This document shows, piece by piece, positions 11,031-25,273 of a stretch of 64,000 nt of DNA. The notes under the pieces were generated by a model that ran no database searches, was not told the DNA's origin, and saw nothing but the letters and a program-made list of their open reading frames with translations. The DNA lies in NCBI GenBank assembly GCA_976226885.1, contig OZ320315.1, positions 96,968,001-97,032,000 on the forward strand, written 5' to 3'. Source of the stretch: Iphione sp. A-MEVVRFRX5. Taxonomy: Eukaryota. Every line of letters begins with the position of its first letter. Position 1 is the stretch's first letter. The translations under genes were made by a program, and so were the position numbers.

Positions 11031-14000
11031 TCAATTCCAAGGGGAATCGTCAGACACTGCCTCAAAAAGGAAGGTAAATAAGTTCCACATGCTGCAAGGT
11101 TGGATCAGGTGGTGAGGGTGATGAAGCTCTTTGGCCTGTTTGTGAGGGTTCCACATACAAGGGTGGACATGGGGAGGGGGCTGAAGTACTATGGCCTTTT
11201 TGTGAGGGTGGTGGGGAGTGTTCCACGTGTGAGGCTGCAGAATGTGGCAAGAGTGGACATGGGTAGGGTGCTGAAGCTCTCCAGACAGCTCGCAACTTGC
11301 ACTTTCCCTCCCTGTATGTTGCATCAGGTCCTGTTGGAGCATTCTTCTTTTTGGCAGCAGCTCGCGACCTGCGCTGTGCCTCCCTGTTGAGGGCTTTATT
11401 TCTCTCTGCAGCCTCAGTTCCTGGTACAGGGGGCCTCTTTCTGGTGGCGGCACTGTTTGCTTTGAGGAAGTCAGGGCCATTGTGATTCTTGGCCCACCTC
11501 TTCCGGGCATTTAAGGCTCTACACACCCTCTGGTAGACCAGTCTATCCTCCTTGTTAGGCACAAGAAGTTTTGTGCCTATCACACCACTGCTGCCTTAGT
11601 GCCCTCCTCTGTGGTGGGGAATTTCGGCCTCACTAAGGGGCTCATACTCAGTGATGTGTGCTCTAGAGGGCTTATAGAGAATTAAAATTGATAGGGAATT
11701 CAAACTTAAGTGGGAATTCAAACTTAAGTGCAGAATGACCATCTTTTTGGCAGCAGCTAGCAACCTGTTCTGTGCCTCCCTGTTGAGGGCTTTATTTCCT
11801 GGTGCAGGCCACCTCTTTTTGGTGGCAGCACTGTTTGCTTTGAGGAAGTTGGGGTCATTGTGATCCCTGGCCCACCTCTTATGGGCATTTAAGGCTCTAC
11901 ACACCCTCTGGAAGACCAGTCTATCCTCCTTGTTAGGCACAAGAAGTCACACCACTGCTGCATCTCCTTAGTGCCTTCCTCTGTGGTGGGGAATTTGGGC
12001 CTCACCAAGGGGATCATATCCAGTGATATGCCATCTAGAGGGCTTATAGAGAATTAAAATGATAGGGAATTCAAACTGCCCTTAGATTGCTGTCACTGCC
12101 CCCCCCCCTTGGTCAGCCTAACTGCCAGAGTGTCACTCATCATTCCCAACCTTTGGACAAGAGTATAATAGAATCCAATGGATTACACCCAATGAAATAT
12201 TTCAGTTGTATGATTCTTGGATGTAAAAAATACCTTCACATGATATTGGAAACTATTTGGTATTTCAAGAAAAATTTCAAAATGACCCATAAAAACATGC
12301 TTCACCTTGATGTTTTTGCACTAGTTACCAGCATGATCAGCCTAATTTTTCAAAGCTGTCATTATGCCTGAGGTGAACAAGTGTGTAGAGGAACTGATCT
12401 TTTGCATAGACTCTGCAAGAAGCAGCAACTATTACAAACTGGGACAGAAAAGTGAAGAAAGTTAGAATGTACTGGGACAGAAAAGTGAAGAGGGTTAGAA
12501 ATACACAATGCTCATGGATGATGGCAGCAGAAAATCTTGTACTGTTGAGTTTGGCCTCAAGATAGGATGTCTGTCTTGACGCACTCCTGCTCCTTCTCTA
12601 ACCTCTTGCAACTTTGTTTTCAGGCCTGATTGATGTCTGTAGAGAAAATGATGGGAAACAGCAATTAAAATTATCATCAATTTGAACACATTTGATACAT
12701 GTACTTGTGAAATATGTATATATGACTAAGGATACAATGTAGTTAATCTTTACCACAAGATACAATACATTGTTCTTCAATGATTCCCAAGAGAGGGTCA
12801 ACTGTCTGATCTGTTTGGCTGCAAGGGTAGAGCGTGTGGACATGGGGAGGGAGCTGAAGGTCTTGGACCTGTTTGTGAGGGTGGCATTGAGGCTTGGAAA
12901 TGGGAAGGGTGTTGAAGCTCTCCAGGCTTTTTGTGAGGGTGGCAGTGATTGTTTCACATGTGGTGAGGCTGCAGAAGGTGGCGAGGGTGGACATGGGGAG
13001 GGTACTGAAGCTCTATGGGCAGCTCTTGACTCGCTCTTTTCCTCGCTTTTCCTCCCTGTCTGTGGCGCCAGGTCCTATGGGAGCATTCCTCTTTTTGGCA
13101 GCAGCTCGTGACCTCTGCTGCACCTCCCTGTTGAGGGCTTTATTTCTCTCTGCAGCCTCAGTTCCTGGTGCAGGGCACCCCTTTTTGGTGGCAGCACTGT
13201 TTGCTTTGAGGAAGTCGGGGTCATTGCGATCTCTGGCCCACCTCTTCCGGGCATTTAAGGCTCTACACACCCTGTGGAAGACCAGTGTATCCTCCTTGTT
13301 AGGCACAACTTCTTGTGCCTATCACACCACTGCTGCATCTCCTTAGTGCCTTCCTCTGTGGTGGGGAATTTGGGCCTCACCAAGGGGATCATATCCAGTG
13401 ATATGTCATCTAGAGGGCTTATAGAGAATTAAAATAATAGGGAATTCAAACTGCCCTTAGATTGTTGTCACTGCCCCCCCTTGGTCAGCCTAACTGCTAG
13501 AGTGTCACTCATCATTCCCAACCTTTGGACAAGAATATAATAGAATCCAATGGATTACACCCAATGAAATATTTCAGTTGTATGATTCTTGGATGAAAAA
13601 AATACCTTTACATGATATTGGAAACTATTTGGTATTTCGAGAAAAATTCTAAAATGACCTATAAAAACATGCTTCACTTTGATGTTTTTGCACTAGTTAC
13701 CAGCATGATCAGCCTAACTGTTCAAAGCTGTCATTATGCCTGAGGTGAACAAGTGTATAGAGGAACTGATCTTTTGCATAGACTCTGCAAGAAGCAGCAA
13801 CTACTACAAACTGGGACAGAAAAGTGAAGAAAGTTAGAATGTACTGGGACAGAAATGTGAAGAGGGTTAGAAAAAATCCCATCTGAGGAGAGTGTACACA
13901 ATGCTCATGGATGATGGCAGCAGAAAATCTTGTACTGTTGAGTTTGGCTCAAGATAGGATGTCTGTCTTGATGCACTCCTGCTCCTCCTCTAACCTCTTG

Positions 14001-17000
14001 CAACTTTGTTTCAGGCCTGATTGATGTGTCTGTAGAGAAAATGATGGGAAGCAGCAATTAAAATTATCATCAATTTGAACACTTTTGATACATGTACTTG
14101 TGAACTATGTATATATGACTAAGGATACAATGTAGTTAGTCTTTACCACAAGATACAATGCATTGTTCTTCAATGATTCCCAAGAGAGGGTCAACTGTCT
14201 GATCTGTTTGGCTGCAAGGGTAGAGCGGGTGGACATGGGGAGGGAGCTGAAGGTCTTGGGCCTGTTTGTGAAGGTGGCATTGAGGCTTGGAAATGGGAAG
14301 GATGTTGAAGTTCTCCAGGCTTTTTGTGAGGGTGGCAGTGATTGTTTCACATGTGGTGAGGCTGCAGAAGGTGGCGAGTGTGGACATGGGGAGGGTGCTG
14401 AAGCTCTATGGGCAGCTGGTGACTTGCTCTTTTCCTCGCTTTTCCTCCCTGTCTGTGGCGCCAGGTCCTGTGGGAGCATTCCTCTTTTTGGTAGCAGCTC
14501 GTGACCTCTGCTGCACCTCCCTGTTGAGGGCTTTATTTCTCTCTGCAGCCTCATGTCCTGGTGCAGGGCACCTCTTTTTGGTGGCAGCACTGTTTGCTTT
14601 GAGGAAGTTGGGGTCATTGCGATCCCTGGCCCACCTCTTCCGGGCATTTAAGGCTCTACACACCCTGTGGAAGACCAGTCTATCCTCCTTGTTAGGCACA
14701 ACTTCTTGTGCCCATCACACCTCTGCTGCATCTCCTTAGTGCCCTCCTCTGTGGTGGGGAATGTGGGCCTCACCAAGGGGATCATATCCAGTGATATGCC
14801 ATCTAGAGGGCTTATAGAGAATTAAAATGATAGGGAATTCAAACTGCCCTTAGATTGCTGTCACTGCCCCCCCTTGGTCAGCCTAACTGCCGGAGTGTCA
14901 CTCATCATTCCCAACCTTTGGACAAGAGTATAATAGAATCCAATGGATTACACCCAATGAAATATTTCAGTTGTATGATTCTTGGATGTAAAAAATACCT
15001 TCACATGATATTGGAAACTATTTGGTATTTCAAGAAAAATTTCAAAATGACCCATAAAAACATGCTTCTCATTGATGTTTTTGCACTAGTGACCAGCATG
15101 ATCAGCCTAACTTTTCAAAGCTGTCATTGTGCCTGAGGTAAACAAGTGTGTAGAGGAACTGATCTTTTGCATAGACTCTGCAAGAAGCAGCAACTATTAC
15201 AAACTGGGACAGAAAAGTGAAGAAAGTTAGAATGTACTGGGACAGAAAAGTGAAGAGGGTTAGAAATACACAATGCTCATGGATGATGGCAGCAGAAAAT
15301 CTTGTACTGTTGAGTTTGGCCTCAAGATAGGATGTCTGTCTTGACACACTCCTGCTCCTCCTCTAGCCTCTTGCAACTTTGTTTTCAGGCCTGATTGATG
15401 TGTCTGTAGAGAAAATGATGGGAAACAGCAATTAAAATTATCATCAATTTGAACACATTTGATACATGTACTTGTGAAATATGTATATATGACTAAGGAT
15501 ACAATGTAGTTAGTCTTTACCACAATATACAATACATTGTCCTTCAATGATTCCCAAGAGAGGGTCAACTGTCTGATCTGTTTGGCTGCAAGGGTAGAGC
15601 GGGTGGACATGGGGAGGGAGCTGAAGGTCTTGGGCCTGTTTGTGAGGGTGGCATTGAGGCTTGGAAATGGGAAGGGTGTTGAAGCTCTCCAGGCTTTTTG
15701 TGAGGGTGGCAGTGATTGTTTCACATGTGGTGAGGCTGCAGAAGGTGGCGAGGGTGGACATGGGGAGGGTGCTGAAGCTCTATTGGCATCTCCCAACTTG
15801 TTTTTTTTCCTCGCTTTTCCTCCCTGTCTGTGGCGCCAGGTCCTGTGGAAGCATTCCTCTTTTTGGCAGCAGCTCGTGACCTCTGCTGCACCTCCCTGTT
15901 GAGGGCTTTATTTCTCTCTGCAGCCTCAGTTCCTGGTGCAGGGCACCTTTTTGGTGGCAGCACTGTTTCCTTTGAGGAAGTTGGGGTCATTGTGATCCCT
16001 GGCCCACCTCTTCCGGGCATTTAAGGCTCTACACACCTTCTGGAAGACCAGTCTATCCTCCTTGAGTTGTGCCTATCACACCACTGCTGCATCTCCTTAG
16101 TGCCTTCCTCTGTGGTGGGGAATTTGGGCCTCACCAAGGGGATCATATCCAGTGATATGCCATCTAGAGGGCTTATAGAGAATTAAAATGATAGGGAATT
16201 CAAACTGCCCTTAGATTGCTGTCACTGCCCCCCCTCCCTTGGTCAGCCTAACTGCCGGAGTGTCACTCATCATTCCCAACCTTTGGACAAGAATATAATC
16301 GAATCCAATGGATTACACCCAATGAAATATTTCAGTTGTATGATTCTTGGATGTAAAAAATACCTTCACATGATATTGGAAACTATTTGGTATTTCAAGA
16401 AAAATTTCAAAATGATCCATAAAAACATGCTTCACCTTGATGTTTTTGCACTAGTTACCAGCATGATCAGCCTAACTTTTCAAAGCTGTCATTATGCCTG
16501 AGATGAACAAGTGTGTAGAGGAACTGACCTTTTGCATAGACTCTGCAAGAAGCAGCAAGTATTACAAACTGGGACAGAAAAGTGAAGAAAGTTAGAATGT
16601 ACTGGGACAGAAAAGTGAAGAGGGTTAGAAAAACATCCCATCTGAGGCCAGTGTACACAATGCTCATGGATGATGGCAGCAGAAAATCTTGTACTGTTGA
16701 GTTTGGCCTCAAGATAGGATGTCTGTCTTGACGCACTCCTGCTCCTCCTCTAACCTCTTGCAACTTTGTTTTCAGGCCTGATTGATGTGTCTGTAGAGAA
16801 ATCATCAATTTGAACACTTTTTATACATGTACTTGTGAAATATGTATATATGACTGAGGATACAATGTAGTTAGTCTTTACCACAAGATACAATACATTG
16901 TTCTTCAATGATTCCCAAGAGAGGGTCCACTGTCTGATCTGTTTGGCTGCAAGGGTAGAGCGGGTGGACATGGGGAGGGAGCTGAAGGTCTTGGGCCTGT

Positions 17001-19440
17001 TTGTGAGGGTGGCATTGAGGCTTGGAAATGGGAAGGGTGTTGAAGCTCTCCAGGCTTTTTGTGAGGGTGGCAGTGATTGTTTCACATGTGCTGCAGAAGG
17101 TGGCGAGGGTGGACATTGGGAGGGTGCTGAAGCTCTATGGGCAGCTCGCGACTTGCTCTTTTCCTCGCTTTTCCTTCCTGTCTGTGGTGCCAGGTCCTGT
17201 GGGAGCATTCCTCTTTTTGGCAGCAGCTCGTGACCTCTGCTGCACCTCCCTGTTGAGGGCTTTATTTCTCTCTGCAGCCTCAGTTCCTGGTGCAGGGTAG
17301 CTCTTGCTTTGAGGAAGTTGGGGTCATTGCGATCCCTGGCCCACCTCTTCCGGGCATTTAAGGCTCTACACACCCTGTGGAAGACCAGTCTATCCTCCTT
17401 GTTAGGCACAACTTCTTGTCCCTATCACACCACTGCTGCATCTCCTTAGTGCCCTCCTCTGTGGTGGGGAATTTGGGCCTCACCAAGGGGATCATATCCA
17501 GTGATATGCCATCTAGAGGGCTTATAGAGAAATAAAATAATAGGGAATTCAAACTGCCCTTAGATTGCTGTCACTGCCCCCCCCTTGGTCAGCCTAACTG
17601 CTGGAGTGTCACTCATCATTCCTAACCTTTGGACAAGAATATAATAGAATCCAATCGATTACACCCAATGAAATAGTTCAGTTGTATGATTCTTGGATGT
17701 AAAAAATACCTTCACATGATATTGGAAACTGGTATTTCAAGAAAAATTCTAAAATGACCTAAAAAAACATGCTGCACCTTGATGTTTTTGCACTAGTTAC
17801 CAGCATGATCAGCCTAAATTTTCAAAGCTGTCATTATGCCTGAGGTGAACAAGTGTGTAGAGGAACTGATCTTTTGCATAGACTCTGCAAGAAGCAGCAA
17901 CTATTACAAACTGGGACAGAAAAGTGAAGAAAGTTAGAATGTACTGGGACAGAAAAGTGAAGAGGGTTAGAAAAACATCCCATCTGAGGCCAGTGTACAC
18001 AATGCTCATGGATGATGGCAGCAGAAAATCTTGTACTGTTGAGTTTGGCCTCAAGATAGGATGTCTGTCTTGAGGCACTCCTGCTCCTCCTCTAACCTCT
18101 TGCAACTTTGTTTTCAGGCCTGATTGATGTGTCTGTAGAGAAAATGATGGGAAGCAGCAATTAAAATTATCATCAATTTGAACACTTTTGATACATGTAC
18201 TTGTGAACTATGTATATATGACTAAGGATAGAATGTAGTTAGTTTTTACCACAAGATAGAATACATTGTTCTTCAATGATTCCCAAGAGAGGGTCCACTG
18301 TCTGATCTGTTTGGCTGCAAGGGTAGAGCGGATGGACATGGGGAGGGAGCTGAAGGTCTTGGGCCTGTTTGTGAGGGTGGCATTGAGGCTTGGAAATGGG
18401 AAGGGTGTTGAAGCTCTCCAGGCTTTTTGTGAGAGTGGCAGTGATTGTTTCACATGTGGTGAGGCTGCAGAAGGTGGCGAGGGTGGACATGGAGAGGGTG
18501 CTGAAGCTCTATGGGCAGTTCGCGACTTGCTCTTTTCCTCGCTTTTCCTCCCTGTCTGTGGTGCCAGGTCCTGTGGGAGCATTCCTCTTTTTGGCAGCAG
18601 CTCGTGACCTCTGCTGCACCTCCCTGTTGAGGGCTTTCTCTCTGCAGCCTCCGTTCCTGGTGCAGGGTAGCTCTTGCTTTGAGGAAGTTGGGGTCATTGC
18701 GATCCCTGGCCCACCTCTTCCGGGCATTTAAGGCTCTACACACCCTGTGGAAGACCAGTCTATCCTCCTTGTTAGGCACAACTTCTTGTGCCCATCACAC
18801 CTCTGCTGCATCTCCTTAGTGCCCTCCTCTGTGGTGGGGAATGTGGGCCTCACCAAGGGGATCATATCCAGTGATATGCCATCTAGAGGGCTTATAGAGA
18901 ATTAAAATGATAGGGAATTCAAACTGCCCTTAGATTGCTGTCACTGCCCCCCCTTGGTCAGCCTAACTGCCGGAGTGTCACTCATCATTCCCAACCTTTG
19001 GACAAGAGTATAATAGAATCCAATGGATTACACCTGAGGTGAACAAGTGTGTAGAGGAACTGATCTTTTGCATAGACTCTGCAAGAAGCAGCAACTATTA
19101 AAAACTGGGACAGAAACGTGAAGAAAGAATGTACTGGGACAGAAAAGTGAAGAGGTTTAGAAAAACATCCCATCTGAGGCCAGTATGCACTTCGGACTTT
19201 TCATAATGCTCATGGATAATGGCAGCAGAAAATCTTGTACTGTTGAGTTTGGACTCAAGATAGGATGTCTGTCTTGACACACTCCTGCTCCTCCTCTAAC
19301 CTCTTGCAACTTTCTTTTCAGGCCTGATTGATGTCTGTAGAGAAAATGATGGGAAGCAGCAATTAAAATTATCATCAATTTGAACACTTTTGATACATAA
19401 TCCATAAGCTTATTCACTTTATAGTGTACCATATCTTTTA
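11030..19440 (-). repeat. Tandem array of ~6 units of ~1.37 kb, derived from an internal segment of an ISL2EU-like transposase gene
   Basis: Marker GGATCATATC at 12011, 13386, 14779, 16140, 17489, 18859 (periods 1375, 1393, 1361, 1349, 1370). Each unit encodes degenerate YTGL..DVF..LF.FL, DQFLYTLVHLRHN and KNHT..KYFIGCNPLDSIIFLSKGW motifs, a Pro/Ser-rich exon and splice sites. Confidence 0.9.
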
Positions 19441-19499
19441 AGAGAAAATTCTCATCAAAATCAATCCCTAGAAATTAAACATTCTTTACTTGATCCAAT

Positions 19500-21250
19500 A
19501 CAACGTCCCCTAATTTAACATCTAACATATATCCTCGTGCCTTACCAAACATCATTACTTTTATTTTTTTTTCTGATGCCTTCATTTCTGCTTCCGAGTA
19601 GTCTGTCTCCTCTGGACTTAACTGAGACCAGATTATTTGAAAGCAGTAACGTGGGGATATTTGAAAGCAGTAACGTGGGAATATTTGAAAGCAGTAACGT
19701 GGGGATCTCCTGTATATCTCCTTTGGCCAAACTGTTTCCTAGTCTGTAGCCTCGTTAAGGGCAACGTCTGATTAGACGTCCAGTAGTGCGCATGATACCC
19801 TAGTCTCAGTAGTTTTGACTCAATGTTACCTCTTAATTCGTCATATATTTCTCCCCTACTAGGTAAGGCACTCTAACCTAGTGCACATCTATATAGTCTC
19901 CGTCGTAAGGTAATCAGCTTATCTAAATGGCATACCGGAGTGTGCCCTAGTACAAAATTGCCATACTCAGGGAGCAGCATTGTACGCAGTATTTTCATAG
20001 CATAATTAACATCTAAATATTTTCTAATATACTTAAAATGCTTTGACTTCGGGTATCCCTTACTTAATAGATCTTGTAAATATGGTTTCCAACTTAAGTT
20101 GGTATCAAGTAATACTCCAAGATACTTGAAAGTGTCAACCACAGAGTTTCCCATTCCTCATTCTTCATCTTAGAGCCTCGACCAAAATACATTACTTTCG
20201 TTTTGTGATATTTATGTCAATTTTGTTAATAATCGACCATTTCTCTAGGTTATTCAAATCATTTTGTAGTTGTTTGCAGTCAACATGTCTCTGCGGTACT
20301 AATAACTACCACATCATCCGCATAATTATATTATGCATTGTGATTTCTTAAGTGATAACGGTAAATCATTGATAAACAATAAAAACAAGAGTGGACCCAT
20401 AATTGATCCTTGTGGCACTCCGCAGGTGCCGCAGGTTATTGGTAGCCTATCTGATTCTATTCCATTCATTACTGTTGTCTGGTATCTGTCAGTCAGGTAA
20501 CAGGTTATCCAAGGCACTATTTCATGCAACCCCAGTTTATATAGTTTGTCCAGGATAAAAGTCGAAAGCTTTGGAAAAATCGATAAAGCTAGCCATGACT
20601 TTCATATTTCTATTAATACCATCATAAATTGTGTTTAATAATGTAAATATAGCTACCGACAGACACAGAAAAATTTCTTTGCAAATAATATTAGGGAGAC
20701 CTAACATCATGCTAGCCTTTTTATTTGGCAGTGTATATATGTTTTCAATAATTTCAAGCAAAGTGATGGGGGTTAATTGAAACCGATGGGGTGAAGTCAT
20801 TCCCTGATATTCGTATTCTACGTCAGCTAGACGATCTGATATTTTACTCCCTACCGTAACAAAATGTTTATTTGGTATAGTTGCCTTTTCAAAGTCAGTG
20901 CCCTCGATGTTAAGGAGGATCCCTTCCCTTTTCTTATCAAATCCTGGTTTCTCCTTTAAATATCTCCAAAAACCATATGGGTCATCAAAGAAGCTCTCTA
21001 CGATAGTTTGTTTACATGGTTGATTCCCCATCTTATGAACCCTATATTGCAGTGTTCATGCCAACAGTTTATCTTCAACATCCCCACTCATTGTATCTTT
21101 TGAATGCATTGTGATCTAAGAAGTCCCCAGTTACCAAATGCGGAATATCCTCACGTATATTACATGTTTTCTCAGGACAAAGCTCAAAGATATTCTTAAT
21201 TCTCCTTATTAGTATTTCCCATTGTGTTCAAACTGACCGTTCATCATATA
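19500..21250 (-). mobile_element. LINE ORF2 remnant (linker, RT, C-terminus) with a 24-bp x3 repeat at 19635-19706
   Basis: FWRYLK, FIDFSKAFD, GVPQGSIMGPLLFLLFINDL, YADD, TFKYLGVLLD; repeat (ATTTGAAAGCAGTAACGTGGGRAT)3. Confidence 0.85.
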
Positions 21251-21252
21251 AG

Positions 21253-22230
21253 TCAGCCCACAGCAGGTGTCACTCTACGCCTCAGTTCGATATAGTCTAT
21301 ATCAGCGTAATTTCTGTATGTTATTTGCTTCCTACGTCGATGTATACTCAACCGTGTCAGGATTGTTATTTCTAACAACATCTTGCCATTCACCCTTACA
21401 CATTGTGTCCTATTTTCCAAGTAAGCCCTAAACCACCTCATTACCCCATCACCCCATTCCGAAAACTGTATGAAAACATTTTTTGAAGTAGTAATTTGTG
21501 GTTCACCAGGTCGAATGCCTTGGACATGTCCAGCAAGCATACAGCCACATACCTCCTGTAAAGGAACAACCGTTGCACTCTTCCATTCACCCGGTAGCAC
21601 ACCATACCTGAGTGATACATTAACGATATGTGTAAAGTAATACAGAGTTCCCTTTAAACAATCCTCGAGACTCCAGATGGTCTTGACAACTTGACAACAC
21701 CACAACAATCCATCCGTACTGGACGAACTACCGTCCCAGGTAATTAATTGATGGAATTTACAGTTCCACACAGTACCGGTATGTTCACCCAACGTGATGC
21801 ATAACACCTGCAACAGAGACCAAACAAATCAGTTAGTAATGCCGCTTCTTTATCTCTTCGAGAGCAATTCCACACACATTCAGCCCCCCAAAAATCATCC
21901 TTCTCCAAATCCATGTCACGAAAAGTGCACCCAGTTCCAATCTCAGCACCCTTGGACACCAATAAGTTGTTAGCTATGGCTTTCAAAACCGCACGTGCAC
22001 ATCCTTTCTGGGCAAATTTCGCTTTCAGAACACTCTTCATAATTCCTGACATGAATTGTCTAGGTACTTCACCTAGACATGTTGTCTTCCAATAAGATAC
22101 GATGATGGAGTGACTTTTCCCCAGCCATCCTTCCCTTCTCCGCATCATAACATCGTCGGCACCAAAGCTTGACTCTGAGGCTGTTGTTCTGCTGTTGAAT
22201 AGGTGTCTTGGTACCTAGGGCACTGAGAAT
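21253..22230 (-). mobile_element. Degenerate LINE: NADAR remnant (21833-22200) followed by RT pieces
   Basis: GIMKSVLKAKFAQ...NLLVSKGAEIGTG...LEKDDFWG, then frameshift to GLNVCGIALEEIKKRHY*; downstream RT FTHIVNVSLRYGVLPGEWKSATVVPL. Confidence 0.7.
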
Positions 22231-22299
22231 AAGACTGGAACCTCCGCTGTTGAACTGGCTCCTACTTCAATAATGCCTTTACATAAAAAACTATTGTAT

Positions 22300-23720
22300 A
22301 GAATATTTAATTTTGTTTTCACATGGTGTAAACTTGTTCCTTCTCCTCTTCTAGTGCATGTCCTTGTCTTCACCTCACAAAAAGAAAGTATAAATCAGTA
22401 ATTAACAGAGAGTAAAGTAGCTGATTCTGTCGACCACATCTCTAATACCCATTTCCATCAGCCAGTTCTGTATAAATCTTTTACTAACAACCATCGATAG
22501 ACATATCCGGTGAATCAATTTGTACCAGGCCATCTGTAGCTGACACAAATCTTTCTGACGCGCACCAACAATAAATGGTTATTCCGTAATCTATATGAGG
22601 AGTGATGGTGACAAAAAGACTCTTCAGCATAACACAATCCAATAATATTCTTGTCTTTGACATACTATACAATTTTTGCTTTAATCATAGGTTCAAAGCT
22701 CAGTTTATCATCCAGTATAAACCCAAGAAATTTAAATGTATTAACTTCGCCTAACATCACTCCTCCCAGGTCAATGTCTAATACAAATTCTCTGGCCTTA
22801 CCAAAAGTCATACACTTTGATTGTTCTTTGTTAATGATGAAACCATTCTTCTGACACCAACTACCCACTTGTTTTATGCATTTTCATTCTTAGTCTCAAG
22901 GCGTTTGAGCCCCAAGCCAATATTGTGATGTCATCAGCATAACCTATTATTTTAGATGGAATTACTAATTTAAAAATGTCATTTATCTGAACATTAAATA
23001 ACCAGGGGCCCAGGGGAACCCCTGTTTCAACTGGCATTAAAGTTGAAAAACTACCATTACATCGTACACATTGTTGATGTGGAGAAAGATAATTTTGAAA
23101 CCATTTAATAATCTCATCCCCAAACCCATAATTCCTTAATTTGCATAGCAATAGATTATGGTCAATGAGGTCAAATTCCTTGGACATATCAAGGTAGCAG
23201 GTTGATACATATTTTCCCATATTCACTTGATTCAGAATATCACTCAAAAGTACGCCACATGCAATAGTCATCCCCCTGCCAGCCCTAAATCCAAATTGGT
23301 GACTATGAAAAAGACTATTACCTTCCATATAATCATTCACTTGTTTTATTATGATTTTTTCTAATATCTTACTAGGGGCTGGCAGTAGGGACACTGGTCT
23401 GTAATTTGAAGCATTAAACCTACTACCCTTCTTATGTAGTGGAACCACGATTGCATTTTTCCACTCAACTGGGACTACCGCATCCTTCAGTGAGTGATTA
23501 AGTAATGAAGTGAAAAAATATAGAGTAGATTTAGGGCATCTATGACATATTTCATTGAGATGTCATGTAAACCTGCTGGTTTATTTATTTTCAAGGAATT
23601 TACCAACTTTGCTACTTCTCCAAAGCCAACATCCGTAAAACAATCAAACCGTACATCACTCAATAAACTTTCATCCAATTCAAGAGATGTTTCTGATCTC
23701 AAGCTAGAAGGCAGAACTGT
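22300..23720 (-). pseudogene. LINE reverse transcriptase, fragmented
   Basis: PLHKKG...NYRPVSLLP, QFGFRAG, YLDMSKEFD, GVP, YADD, FKFLGFILDDKLSF. Confidence 0.9.
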
Positions 23721-24219
23721 TTAAAGGTAAAGCTTTTTGAGGTTTGAAAACATCTCAAAAGAAATAGGAGAACCTAAACACTGATCCACCAAGCCAATCA
23801 CCGTTTCCGACCCAGGAGGACCAGGAGCCTGTTTCTCAGCTTTAGTAATGTTCTTTTTCCTGGGGTCTGAGGGTGTTATTATGGTGTGGATTTCAAAATC
23901 GTTTACGTTAATCATGGTTTCCAGTAGGGGTGGGCCCTGAGGGCCTCGTTTCACTGTTTTGGGTTTGTCCATTATGGCTTCCAGTAGGGGTGGGCCTGAG
24001 GGCCTCGTTTCATTGTTTTGGGTTTGTCCATTTTCTTCAGGGCATAACTGATTTGTTTAACATGTTCTTGTTTGACTTGAAAAAATTCCTCAACTGAGCT
24101 TATTGTGGAAATTGTCTAGGGCAAGTTTCTTGTCTCCGAGGTTGATTTTCGCCTAGGGTTGGGCAAAAGCTTAGTCCCCTTTCCTCTTTGGTTAAAATAT
24201 GAGATGATAAATGGATGGA

Positions 24220-24990
24220 TGACGATTAGGGGTGCCGCAGGCGGCCCCAGGCGCTTCGCAAACTAGGCAGCACAATGACTCTTGTAGCGGGTTCTCCTGT
24301 GTACGATGTAATCCTTAGGGGGGGGGGTGGCAGGTGGAAAGCAGGTGTGTGAGTGATCCTACTTATGGAGGTAAGGGTGGTATCTACACAAACGGACTGT
24401 CTTCAGGGCCTCCCCCGGAACTGTTTTACGTCGGGCCGGGGGGAAACGACGGCGAACAAACTCCGATGTGGGCCCAGAGGTGGAGGAATGAGTGGCAGGC
24501 ACTGGTGAGTATAGAGTGAGTGGGTGCACAACCAAGCGTGAAGTCAGAACAGAGCTCGAGTCCCGGGGGAACACTGTCTCCTATCACCCCTGACTGACCA
24601 GGCTACAGCGGCTCAGTGACTGCTGGTGCTACTATAACTTCACGATGCAACCAGGCGTAACGGGTCGTACTATGACTGCCACGTCACTCACCCCCTTCCA
24701 ACAGGGTTACAGTGATTTGGTAAGCCCACCGGTGGTCTGGTTACACAGTGACAATATACGTGCTCTTCAGTAACTATAATAGTAGTATCTGAAGTGACAA
24801 TATACGTGCTCTTCAGTAACTATAATAGTAGTATCTGAAAGCTGGCACCACAAAGGGTTACAGGCTGGTCAAACCAACGGCCCTGCCATGTATATGTCAC
24901 ACTGTGGTAGTGCCCCCCTCTCACCTTCTCTGCCAGTACCTACCTCTCAGAATACACCCTCTCAGGCCGACGTCGGTGAAGGTCCTGAGA
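24220..24990 (-). ncRNA. Candidate structured RNA element (copy B), with a 46-bp tandem duplication at 24748-24839
   Basis: Homologous to ~2960-3560; same pseudoknot at 24412-24451 and same central block at 24662-24740. Confidence 0.5.
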
Positions 24991-25273
24991 TGATAAATTA
25001 AATATTCTGTCTTTTTCGGTGGGTTCTTGTTTGTTTATAAGCTTGATTATCAATTCTATACACTTTGTTGTTACAGTTCATTGATTTTGTATATTTAGAA
25101 TTACTATATTGGGTATATAGTTTCTTGTGGCAGACTAACACAAATAGGTCTTTGAGATGCTTTGTCTTTATTCAGAACAGGGGTACCAGTATGTCCAGTG
25201 TCAGGTTTGTCATGAGTAGACGCGTGTGTCCCGTTCTACCTTCTCAGTACAGGCTGCGACATGGGCCCTGCTT

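Noticed and set aside
12087-16501. Repeated plus-strand ORFs in the array (MLSLPP..., MFFNDSQ...)
   Set aside because: They recur only because the unit is repeated; the transposase motifs and splice signals are on the minus strand.
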